Below are positions 53,697 through 64,000 of a DNA stretch of 64,000 bases, one piece after another. The notes under the pieces were generated by a model. It saw only the letters and a program-made list of their open reading frames with translations, made no database searches and was not told where the DNA came from. How positions within the stretch are numbered: the first letter of the stretch is position 1; every line of letters begins with the position of its first letter. The stretch is taken from the NCBI RefSeq assembly GCF_028641065.1, contig NC_073384.1, positions 63,860,001-63,924,000 of the forward strand. The letters are read 5' to 3'. The position numbers were made by a program, and so were the translations under genes. This stretch comes from Leucoraja erinacea (Eukaryota).

Positions 53697-55994
53697 CAAC
53701 TGAGAGCAACAAAATTCATGAATTATTTAAGATTTTCAGCGTTAGTAAAATCTTTAAAAGATCGATTGCATTGAAGGCATAGGCGCTTTGGGATTTACTG
53801 AGTACTTCAAAAATGGTATAAAAAATATATATAATCAAACTTAATTAAAATATTGTTTTTAATAGTTAAGCTAATGACATTTTTAGCATTAAAACCAAGG
53901 CCAGTTCTGACGAAGGGTTGCAGATTAGAGAAATTGACTGTTTCTCTTTCCACAGATGCTACCTGACTTTATAGGTCTTTCCAGCATTTTGTGCTTTTGT
54001 ACAGGAGGATCCACAACTGATTACTGATTGAAATGTTAGGGGATAAAAAAAGTTCTAAATTGCAGAGAACAGAAAGGAAAGTCTGTGACAGGGTGGAAAC
54101 GAGGAGGGATAGAATTATCTAAATAATGGCCAAAGGATGATAAAAGCTTATTTTTTAACAAAAGGTATATTGGCGGGGGGTGGGGGCAGATGAATGGAGG
54201 CTCAGAAAAGATTTCTTGTAATTTTCAATTACTTGAAGAGAAAGAAAAAAATCGAAATGCATGACATATAGAAGGGTTAAGAGGGACAAATTATCAAACA
54301 TGTTGAATTTTGTGTTAAGTTTTAAACTATTTAATGTACCAAATCAGAAGTTTTAATGTACCAAATCAGAAGATACTTCCCTCGAGTGTGTTGGAATTGT
54401 GTAGCTGGGGAAACATTGACTGGTCAGAGTAGCAGAGGAACGCAGAATTAAAAGCTACAAGAATGCAGAATTAAAATAATTAAGCGTCTGAAGAAGGGCC
54501 TTGACCCGAAACGTCGCCTATACCTTCTCTCCATAGATGCTGCCGCACCCACTGAGTTTCTCCAGCAGTTTTGTCTACCTTTAAAAGATATAGTGGTAGT
54601 TCAGTGGCAAAGATACCACTATAGTAATCTAGAACTTAATCCAGAAATCCACATTTAATTCCTGGTACTGTAGAATTTGAATTGTTGATAATCTAGAATT
54701 TTGAAAATTAATTCATCTTAGTTATTATGACCACAAAACAATCAGATTGTTTTTATAAAAATGTCTGAAGAAAGGAACAAAGTAAAATATCACCATTCTG
54801 CCATGTTTACCTTTCATCTGGGCCACAGAATGCCTTTTAAAATTTATCTGAAATGGCCTAACAAAGCATCTAGTTGTACATGTTCAAAGGGAGAAGAAAT
54901 AAAAATTGATGGCCACCTAGCATTAACCTAGGCACTGAATTCAGACATGGCAAAGTCAGTGCAGGGCCAGTTCACCATGGAATGTCTTCGGGTAAGAGGG
55001 TAAAGATTTAATAGGCATATGAGCAGCAACTTTTCCCAAACAGAGGGTGGTAGGTATATAGAATTAACTGCCAAAGACAGGTGCAATAACATCATTTAAA
55101 AGACATTCGGTCAGGTACATGGATAGAAGAGTTAAGAGGGACAAATTCTTCAAACACAGAAAAATGGGATTACCTTAAATGGGGCATTTTAGCCAGCATG
55201 AATGAGTTGGGCCAAATTACCTGTTTTGTGCTATAGAACCCTGTGGCTATTTATTAAAGGACTATTGTATTATTAGGCAGAGCTATCCCCCAGACTAGTT
55301 AGATTTTGTCCAACACAGAAAAACATAACGTTCCGTCAATATGCCAGACCCTCATTAGAATCTCTGTGTCATAATTTCTCACTAGTAGAATAAACTCATC
55401 GTGGAGGCCGCAAAGGCAGGATAGTGAAGCCCTAGAGCACTCAACATTGGTTCAAGACCCCATGGTGCCTCATAGCACCAAGCCAAACATGGGCAAGAAA
55501 CCTCTTCCTGATTACCATTTACTGATCTCACTCATTATTAATCTATACCTCTTCGTATTAATCAATACTTGGAAGAATCACTGAGGAATGTACTCTGGGT
55601 GGGGATTTCAATATTCACCAGGAAAAGTAATTTGGTAGCACAACTGCTGACAAGAGCTGGCCAAGCTCTTAAATACACAGCTACCAGTCCGGGTCTGTAC
55701 AGGTAGTACAAATCTACTGGAACACACCTACTTGATCTCCCCATTTCTACCCATGACTTTGGTAGAACACTGGTAGAATTGACCACTGCAGTCTTTGCGC
55801 AGACAAAATCCCATCTTCATACCATCATAATAAACAGAAAAGTGCTGCAAATACACAGCAGGTCTGGCAACATTTATGGAGAGGAAGTTTCTAATTAAAG
55901 CACCTTCGTCAGAACTGAGAGGAAAAACTAGTTTTGGTTTGCCGAGTGGGTAGCGTAGTGATATAGGTAAAAACAAAGGGAATATCTCTGATAA

Positions 55995-56225
55995 TCTCTG
56001 GAACTCTCTGCCACAGAGGGTAGTTGAGGCCAGTTCATTGGCTATATTTAAGAGGGAGTTAGATGTGGCCCTTGTGGCTAAAGGGATCAGGGGGTATGGA
56101 GAGAAGGCAGGTACGGGATACTGAGTTGAATGATCAGCCATTATCATATTGAATGGCGGTGCAGGCTCGAAGGGCCGAATGGCCTACTCCTGCACCTAAT
56201 TTCTATGTTTCTATGTTTCTATGAT
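55995..56225 (+). mobile_element. CR1-like LINE 3' end (young)
   Basis: Near-identical to 6257-6480; tail (tttctatg)3. Confidence 0.85.
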
Positions 56226-56560
56226 ACGGTGAGACTGTTGATGTAGCCAGCTAGTTGATAACTCTGTCCATTTCCCTGAGCAGATGCTGCCCGATCCGCT
56301 GAGTTCCTGCAGCACTTTGTGTTTTGCCGAAGGTTCCAGAATCTGCAATCTTTTGTGCCTCTGGTTGATAAAACTATCGGATGCAGTTTCTGAGTTTGGA
56401 GGTGTGCGCTGGGAATGGGGAAAGGTACAACAAGCTCGGGAAATTGAGATAACACTCTTTCAAAGGGGAATGCACAATAATCACAACGAATAACAATACT
56501 TCTTGAAGTTCCAGATGTTATTGACAATTCCACTGACAGACTAGTAGAGAGTAGGCTGAC

Positions 56561-56740
56561 CTCTGTTAGCGCTCAAGCTGCAGCAGCGGAACGGCCTCAC
56601 ACCATGGGGGCCGCCATTGCACCTCCCACAATGCACAAGGACAGCGCGTCATCGGGGGAGGCGTCACTGCTACTGCGGCCGCCATCTTAGTAAGCGGGAG
56701 AGAAGAGGGCAGCCGCCATCTTGTGCTAAACCGCACACCT
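56561..56740 (-). promoter_or_regulatory. MTIF2: Putative MTIF2 promoter / non-coding first exon
   Basis: CpG-rich island, two YY1-like AAGATGGCGGC sites (56678-56688, 56712-56722), donor cagag|gtcagc at 56560. Confidence 0.6.
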
Positions 56741-58326
56741 GGTCACTCTCCCTACCTCTTCTAGCTAACAATGATACAAATATGTACAGTATCTCTGCCA
56801 AGACCCCAGAAATGGCCTCTTACTATGTCCTAGGATACAATTGGTCAGACTCTACGGATTTATCCACTTGTATGCACTTTAAAACCATCAGCACCAACTC
56901 TTTAGTAACATGGATATGTTTCAAGCCATCTCTATTCTTTCCTGAACGTCCTAGCTTCATAGATCTTCTCCAATGTAAATACAGTAGAGAAATATTAATT
57001 TACAGCTTCACCCATCTCCTGTGACTCCACAGGGTTACTCCAACTTTGTGTCTATCCTGTGATTCTACACACAGGTAACCACATTGATCATTCAGTGGAT
57101 CTATTCTCTCCCTTGTTTCCCTATTAATCTTAATATAGAATCTTTTGTAAATCTTTTTCTTACTTGCCAAAAATCATGTCCTATTTCTCCCTCTTGATTT
57201 CCCATTAAGTATCCCACATCCCTTATACTCAAGGCTTGATCCCAGCTGCCAATACCTGACTTGTGCCTCCTTTTTCCTGACAAGAGCCTCCCTAAGAATT
57301 CCTTCTGTTCTATCTACCCTTCCCCTATATGCAATATAAAACACCCTTGTTTTCTCACTTTCACAATTCTGACGAAAGTCTGACCTAAAGATGTCAACTC
57401 TGTTTCTCTTCGCAATGATGCTGCACAACTTGTCTTTTGCAGCTACTGTTTTTGTTTTGGATTCCCAGCACTTCTTTTACTCAAATGGCCTGAGGCCAGT
57501 GGGAATTCCCTTTGTGTTCTAAAATTAAAATAGTTGACTTTTCGTAACTGACCCTCAGTTGCTTGTTTTATTACCATTCAAATAAATTAAACAAATTGAA
57601 TCAAGCTACTAATGCGTCAGCATTACTGATGGGCGAGAAATTTGCCTCAGCTCTATGCCATCGCATAGCATCTGTGTTGAAGGAAGAAGGCTACATTTTA
57701 ACTTTCACATTGTTAGATTGGGTAAGAAAAATAAACCCAGTCATCCAGTAATTTTTCTGAAAATTCACAGGCTAAGTTAGGATCTAATACAATTCATCTC
57801 ATAGTCGACTTGCAGAGTAATGTATTCATTGGGCTTATTTAAAAATAAGTGAAATCAGAAAGTTTAACATATTAGCACTTCCTATCCTAGGCTGTTTCAA
57901 TTTGTTCCAGAACCAAATGAACAAAACATTCATTTTTATCAACAACTAAAGGTTACAAGACAGGACTAAAACATAAGGAAAAAATCACAATGACAATATA
58001 TGAAGACATTGTTCTAGCTCAATGCTGGGGGCAACACTGCTCATTCACCCACATGCTGCAACCCACACTTTTTATCAACTCTATTCTTAGTAACTATGTG
58101 GCAAATACTAATATAACAGAAGGGTGCAGCAGCAAGTCTAATTGCAGGAAGCTACAATTCCAGATTGCAATTGCAGTTTCTGGACTTGCAATTTGAAAGG
58201 ATAGCTCTGGTTCTTCCTGCAACAAGAAGTGGTGATTATTGAGAGATCATTTATGCAAAAGTAAGTTGTTCCAATGGTGTAGACTCTCCTGTTTTGTATT
58301 AATAATATCAGTTATGTCTCCTTATT

Positions 58327-58623
58327 GTGTATAGGAAGGAACTACAGATACTGGTTTCCAAATAGACTCAAAATGCTGGAGTAACTTAGCTGGTCAGGCA
58401 GTTACACTGGAGAAAAGGAATAGAGGGAATTCTAGACAGACACAAAATGCTGGAGTAACTCAGCGGGACAGGCAGCATCTCTGGAGAGAAGGAATGGGTG
58501 ACGTTTTGAGTCGAGACCCTTCTTCATACCCTCTTCCTGAGGGAACTCTCCCTGACTCTCAGTCTGATGAAGGGCCTCAACCCAAAACATCACCTATTCC
58601 TTTTTCCAGAGATGCTGCCTGTC
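58327..58623. mobile_element. Penelope-derived terminal-repeat array (tandem + inverted)
   Basis: Two direct copies and one inverted copy of the repeat, TSD tctccttatt (58317-58326, 58627-58636), CTGATGA core at 58564. Confidence 0.65.
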
Positions 58624-59026
58624 ATATCTCCTTATTATATCCTTTAGAGGGAAATAATTAAACTTGCCTGCCCATATCTGGGGGGTCATGACCAAATCAT
58701 TAACTTTTCTGCTCCCTCCAGATGTCTGACCCTCTGGATATTTCCAGGGCCATATTTTTTAATCGAAAAGTCATGTTTAAAATGGCAGCATTTAACTAAA
58801 ATCTGAAAACATTACAGTAAAGCTTTTTAAAAAAATAGTTCATTGGTGGTCATGTGTTTTGACTTTTACAGTGTGCGATTGACGCTATGTAAATGTAAGT
58901 CTTTAAACATATATCATAAGCACACATGTAGATTTCTGAACTATGGGAAATATGAGCCTGCAGATGTGACCTGGAAGTGCAGTTGAGACGTCGTTTTTCG
59001 CCGAGCTGCTACAGGCCAAGCACAGA

Positions 59027-59110
59027 ATGGCTTCGACTGAGAAGCGCAAAGAGCTGGAAGATTATCTGAAAGGGCTGAACGTGGAGACTGTATGCGAGGA
59101 ACACCCTGAG
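59027..59110 (+). CDS. PRORSD1: Prolyl-tRNA synthetase associated domain-containing 1 (YbaK/ProX family), coding exon 1
   Basis: agaATGG Kozak context. MASTEKRKELEDYLKGLNVETVCEEHPE|gtgagt resembles recalled mouse MAGSELRAELEQRLGALAIRTEVVEHPE. Syntenic and head-to-head with MTIF2. Confidence 0.8.
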
Positions 59111-59679
59111 GTGAGTGCGCCCGTCCAGGGGCATCTGCTGACTACAAGTGTGAGGTGTAGCTGAGCTTCCTGCAAACGGTTGCGGCGCCCAGAGGCAGCT
59201 GGAGAGAGCCCGAAACCCGGGCAAACACGTCGTTAAAAAAAGTCAGAATGAATACAGAACATTACAAGTTACTGAGATGGATTTTAGCGGAGCTTTTTTT
59301 GTTGTTTTAGAAAACCTCTTTACGCGGAGATGTTTATACAAATGAACTACACTGAGGGAATCCATTGTGTCCATGATAGCTGGGAAAAAAAAGTAATCCA
59401 GCCCACGTCCCAGCGCATAATCAACTGCTTTGACAGGTTCCCGGTGAAAAGTCAATTTAAGTCCAAACTCTTCGACCAATTACATTAAATCTGTTCATTA
59501 TTGTTCTCGTTGCTCATACAACTAAGTAATTCTTAGCCTCCTGTTTCAAAAACCCACCTAATTTTCTACTCTCTTAATTTCTCAGACAGCTCCCTTAAAT
59601 AGGCCAAGGCACGCTAGGTCGTGGTTCAGCCATTTAAAGCGACGCAACTCTGGGATATACTGACAGATCGGTTCGCAAA

Positions 59680-60510
59680 CAGATGCAGCCAGACTGTAAG
59701 AAGATACAGCGAGGTTTAGATCAGCTGCAGAAATGGGCGAAGACATGACAGATGGGGTTTAACCCGAGCTAGTGCGAGGTATTGCACTTTGGGAGGTTTA
59801 ACGTAGAGAGAGAGAGAGAGAGTATATGTCAAGACTTAACAGTTTTGATCTGAAGAGGGATCTCGGATTCCAAGATCAGAGCTCACTAAAGGTGGCAGCA
59901 CAAGTAGGGTGGCGTTTGGCCTTGAATATAAAAGTCAGGAAGTCATGATGCAGCTCTGTGGGACTTTGGTTAGGCTGCATTTGGAATATTGCGTGCAGTT
60001 CTGGTTGCCCCATTACAGGAAAGATGTGGAAGCTTTGGAGAGGGTGCAGAGGAGGTTTACCAGAATGCTGCCTGGATTAGAGGGTTTCAGCTCAAGGAGA
60101 GGTTGGATAGACTTGGATTGTTTTTTTCTGAAACGTCAGAGGTCGAGGGGAGACCTGTTAGAAGTCTATAAAATTTTAAGAGGCATAGATAGGGTAGAAC
60201 CTTTTTCCCAGGATGGAAAGTTCCAAAATTGGTGGGCAGAGCTATGAGGTGAGAGGGGGAAAGTTTAATGGTGATGTGCTGAGCAAGTTTTTTTCATGCG
60301 GAGGGTGGTGGAGACCTCGAATGCATAGCCAGGGGTGATGAAGGAGGCAGATACGATAGTGCAGTTTAAGAGGCATTTAGATAGCCACTTGAAACTGCAG
60401 GGAACAGAGGGATATGGATCATGTGCAAGAAGATGAAATCAGTTCAGCTGGGCATTATGATCGGCGCAAACATTGTGGGTCGAATTCCTGTGCCGTACTG
60501 TTTTATATTC
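59680..60510 (+). mobile_element. CR1-like LINE fragment
   Basis: LVRLHLEYCVQFWLPHYRKDVEALERVQRRFTRMLPG. Confidence 0.82.
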
Positions 60511-60680
60511 TAATAATTTACATCAATTTTAATAACTTTTTTATAGTCCCCGATTATTAAAATGGGAGCAGTTTTGATTGAAGACAACACTCTACCTCTA
60601 GCATTGCCTTCCACATGGAAGATATGGGTTTGGAGCCTTTGTAGTCCTCCAGCCACAGCCCAGTCATTTAGATCTTGTTG

Positions 60681-60859
60681 GTACACAAAAATGCTGGAGA
60701 AACTCAGCGGGTGCAGCAGCATCTATGGAGCGAAGGAAATAGGCAACGAAACGAAACGTTGACTATTTCCTTCGCTCCATAGATGCTGCTGCACCCGCTG
60801 AGTTTTTCCAGCATTTTTGTGTACCTTCGATTTTCCAGCATCTGCAGTTCCTTCTTAAA
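60681..60859. mobile_element. Penelope-derived hairpin insertion
   Basis: 68-bp inverted arms (60681-60748, 60757-60824) and a perfect 16-bp TSD catttagatcttgttg (60665-60680, 60860-60875). Confidence 0.8.
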
Positions 60860-62424
60860 CATTTAGATCTTGTTGCTGCACTCAGGGAAGCAGAGGGATC
60901 AGCTCTCTGCATTTGGCACAAGCGACTGTGAAGTTGCAGGACAAGATGGAAATACAGGTTATGTATCCAGTCCAGTGTGCCCCTCTACAATATTGGGGGG
61001 ACCACACAATAATCACTAAATCTATACACAGTATTGGAAGAATTGCAAGCAAATTGCTGCTTCACCTGAAAGGACTGTTTGGATTCCTGAATGATGGGAA
61101 GCAAAGAGCTAACTGTACAGATGTTGCATAGATTTATGAAGATGGGAGAGAATGGTAACTTTGCAGTGCTGAAATGGGAGAGGAAGATGTGCCTAGTGGT
61201 GGAGTCCTATTGAAGGTGATGAATATGACGGAGGATAAGCCATTGAATATGAAAGGTGGTGTGATGGAAGGTGTATACTAGAGAGTTATATCCTTGGGAA
61301 GAGAGTGGGTGAGGACAAAAATGTAGGAGAGGAAATGCAATTAAGAGCACTGTTATGTACGGTAGAGAAGAATACATGGTAAAGGGAAAAGGAAGAGACC
61401 TTAAAGTATTGTGGAGAAGGTCTCATTGTTAGATTAGAGAAGGAACTGAGGGATGGAATGGGATTCTGACAGAAAGCAGGGAGGAGATACAGGTAGTTGC
61501 GGGAGTCGTTGAGAGTGTAATGTATATTGGTCCCTAGTGTGTACTTTGAGAAGGAGATGTCAAGTAAAGTAAGAGTCAGATATAGACTAAGCTGTCAATT
61601 TGCACCATGTTCTCATTTCAATATAGTTGATGAAAACTGTTGAGTGTTGGAAGTTGTGCACATATAGTCATTAGTGTAGTGGAAAACAAATTGAGTGAGG
61701 GGGACCCGAGTAGGAATGAAATAACGTCTGTTCTCCATTTGTCCATGCTGATTACTAACAACCCTTTCGCTCCTTGTTCCTGCATTTGCAGCTTCTGCTG
61801 TTGGCTTCATAAATATCCTGTGTACCATCTGTTGCATTATCACATCCTGCATATAATATGTGTGACCAAAACTGTATTCCAACTGTTTCTTAACTAATGT
61901 TCCAGCATATCTCTCCACTCCTATAGGCCTTAGTGAACAACAAACAGCCCATTTTAGGGAGTAGAAACTACCCCATACCTTCACTTACATGTATCATCTT
62001 CAAGATGATTGAAGTCTCAGTGTGGTTACTGTGGTCTTGCTGTGATCTTCATAAGCATAACCCAGGCTGGGTATTGATCCGCAAGATGCTGCTGAGCTTC
62101 TCAGTCATGTCACTAGGCAGAACTGCCTCGCTGTCTGAATGTTTACATTCATTAAACTTACAAAAAAATCGAAAGCAATTTAAAAATTAATCTCAACATG
62201 ATTAAATATTGACATTTAGAAATTATTAAAACAGTAGAAATTACTTTAAATCAATTGCATTTAAGTGAATTAATTTTTTTAAATCACGTGTGGCAGAAGT
62301 CGCATTCTTGCTCAGAACCTCTACTGTCCATTGAAATAAATGGAGCTAGAAATCTGGCACAAGTTCAGCTCCCAGATTTCCCAGGGAAACTGCAAGAGGT
62401 TGGTGCTTTGCTATTGCATTCTAA

Positions 62425-63237
62425 TCAATCAATTAGATTTATTCATCACATACACAATAAAGTGCCATGAAATGAACTTGCCAGCAGCGGTACAATCAGA
62501 AAGAACACACAATACACAATCAAAATTTAACACAAATGTCCACCATAGCATTCTTCACTGTGGTAGAAGGCACAAAGTACAATCAGTCTTTCTTCACTGT
62601 CTCCCCGTGGTCGGGGCCATAAACCTCCACAGTCGCCACTGCGGGCGGCCAGATGTACAGGCCCTCTCGTCTGGAAGGTGTCCCGAATCGGTGCTTCCCT
62701 ACGCGACTTCAGAATGTTGTAGGCCACAGGCCGGTGGTCGGAGCTCTTCTCCAGGGATCCCCGGCGAGGGATCCCGCTCCGGATGGTAAGTCCACGCTGC
62801 GCCCGCGGCTAGAAGCTCCGCAGACTGCGGCTTCAAGATGTTGTAGGCCGCGGCAGGCGGTCGGAACTCTTCTCCTCCGGGGATCCCCAACGAGGGATCC
62901 CAGGCTCTGGACGCCGCGGGCTTCAGGCTGTAACAGTCCGCGGGCCAGCGATCGGAGCACTACCTTCTAGCGACCCCGGCTCCGGGCCCGACTCCGGGAA
63001 AGGCCGCACCAATCCATGGTGTTAGGCCGTGAGGGAGGCGACACAGAAAAAGTCGCCTCTCCATCGAGGAGGCGACCGAAAGCGGTTTACCCCCTTTCTC
63101 CCCTCACCACCCCTCACAGAAGACACACCAAGAGACATTAAAACAGATATTTGGACATACTAAAACCCCCCCCCAAAAAAGTAGATGTGATGAACACGCT
63201 GCTGGCAGGGCAGCAGTCTCACAGCGCCCCCACCGAC
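62425..63237 (-). mobile_element. GC-rich non-autonomous retroelement with Rex1-like tail and internal tandem units
   Basis: Tail tttattcatcacatacac... like the Rex1 3' ends; repeats at ~62713-62783 and ~62836-62911. Confidence 0.55.
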
Positions 63238-64000
63238 CGACATTGGATTGCTGCTAGAAGGAGATCAGTGAGGACCTCGATGGAAGCTCACAATTTGCAC
63301 ATTACAAAGGAAGAAGAATGTGAATTGTTGGAAATTATAAATTGAAAGAGTACATGTGCAAGTCTAAAAATGCAAGACTTTTTATACAATTCCAGCTTGA
63401 TTTTTTTTCTGGCTTTATATTCCATACATTAAGAATTAATAGTAAGTATCCTTTATGCCAGGGCACTTATCTGCTTGGCCAGCTACCTTCAGGAATCTTC
63501 AGGAACAGGTGCTTGTTCACTCTGTTACTTTACATTTCGAAGTATCCTGACATTCCCCTGTATGGTTTGCTGGTTGCTGATGCTTGCCTCTCCATTTTAC
63601 ATTTCAATTATCACTTTTTACATTGGTCCACCTGACCAATGATATCTGGTTTCTTTTTCACTTAACCATACTGCCAATTTGGATATAATCAATGAACCTT
63701 TCATAGTTCATACATTTTTCAAAACACATTATGTACAACGAAACGCAACAGACCTAGTTCCAAGCCCTGCAAAACCACACTGCATACTGCTCTTTTGTCA
63801 CTAAAACACCTTGGTACCCTGATCAAGTATCTTTCTAATCACCTATATTAAGTTAGTAGACATGATTTTGCCATAATATAACCTTGCTGGATCCCCCTAT
63901 TAATTTTTAAATTATAATACTCTCCTACAGATTGTAGAATATAGAACAGTACAACACAGGAACAGGCCCTTAGGTCCACAATCTCTGTGCAAAACATGAT

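Noticed and set aside
58327-58623. Repeated units resembling a CRISPR-like array
   Set aside because: Eukaryotic context; the units are Penelope terminal repeats with no repeat-spacer regularity.
62340-62970. ORFs that could be PRORSD1 downstream exons
   Set aside because: No YbaK/ProX motifs (e.g. KNLFLKD); they lie in a GC-rich repeat.

Overview
Eukaryotic genomic DNA, most likely a cartilaginous fish (skate/ray-like), judged from its CR1/HER1-like LINEs, HE1-like SINEs, and Penelope-like, Rex1 and Harbinger repeats. The window holds the conserved vertebrate block CLHC1(-) / RPS27A(+) / MTIF2(-) / PRORSD1(+), with two head-to-head promoter pairs. MTIF2 can be spliced by hand into 13 coding exons (2163 nt, 720 aa) with one GC-AG intron and the IF1-replacing insert. 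RPS27A has coding exons for residues 17-156, but the ATG exon (ubiquitin 1-16) is absent and the S27a tail is unusually divergent. The 12-16 kb region shows interleaved, garbled duplications that look like an assembly/consensus artefact. Much of the rest is nested transposons: a Helitron carrying Tx1 and Harbinger inserts inside a CR1, an L1 in a CR1, a Rex1 in a Tc1, a HERO-like RLE LINE, and many Penelope-derived hairpin insertions with target-site duplications and hammerhead-like cores. All calls are by eye and from recalled protein sequences; no searches were run.
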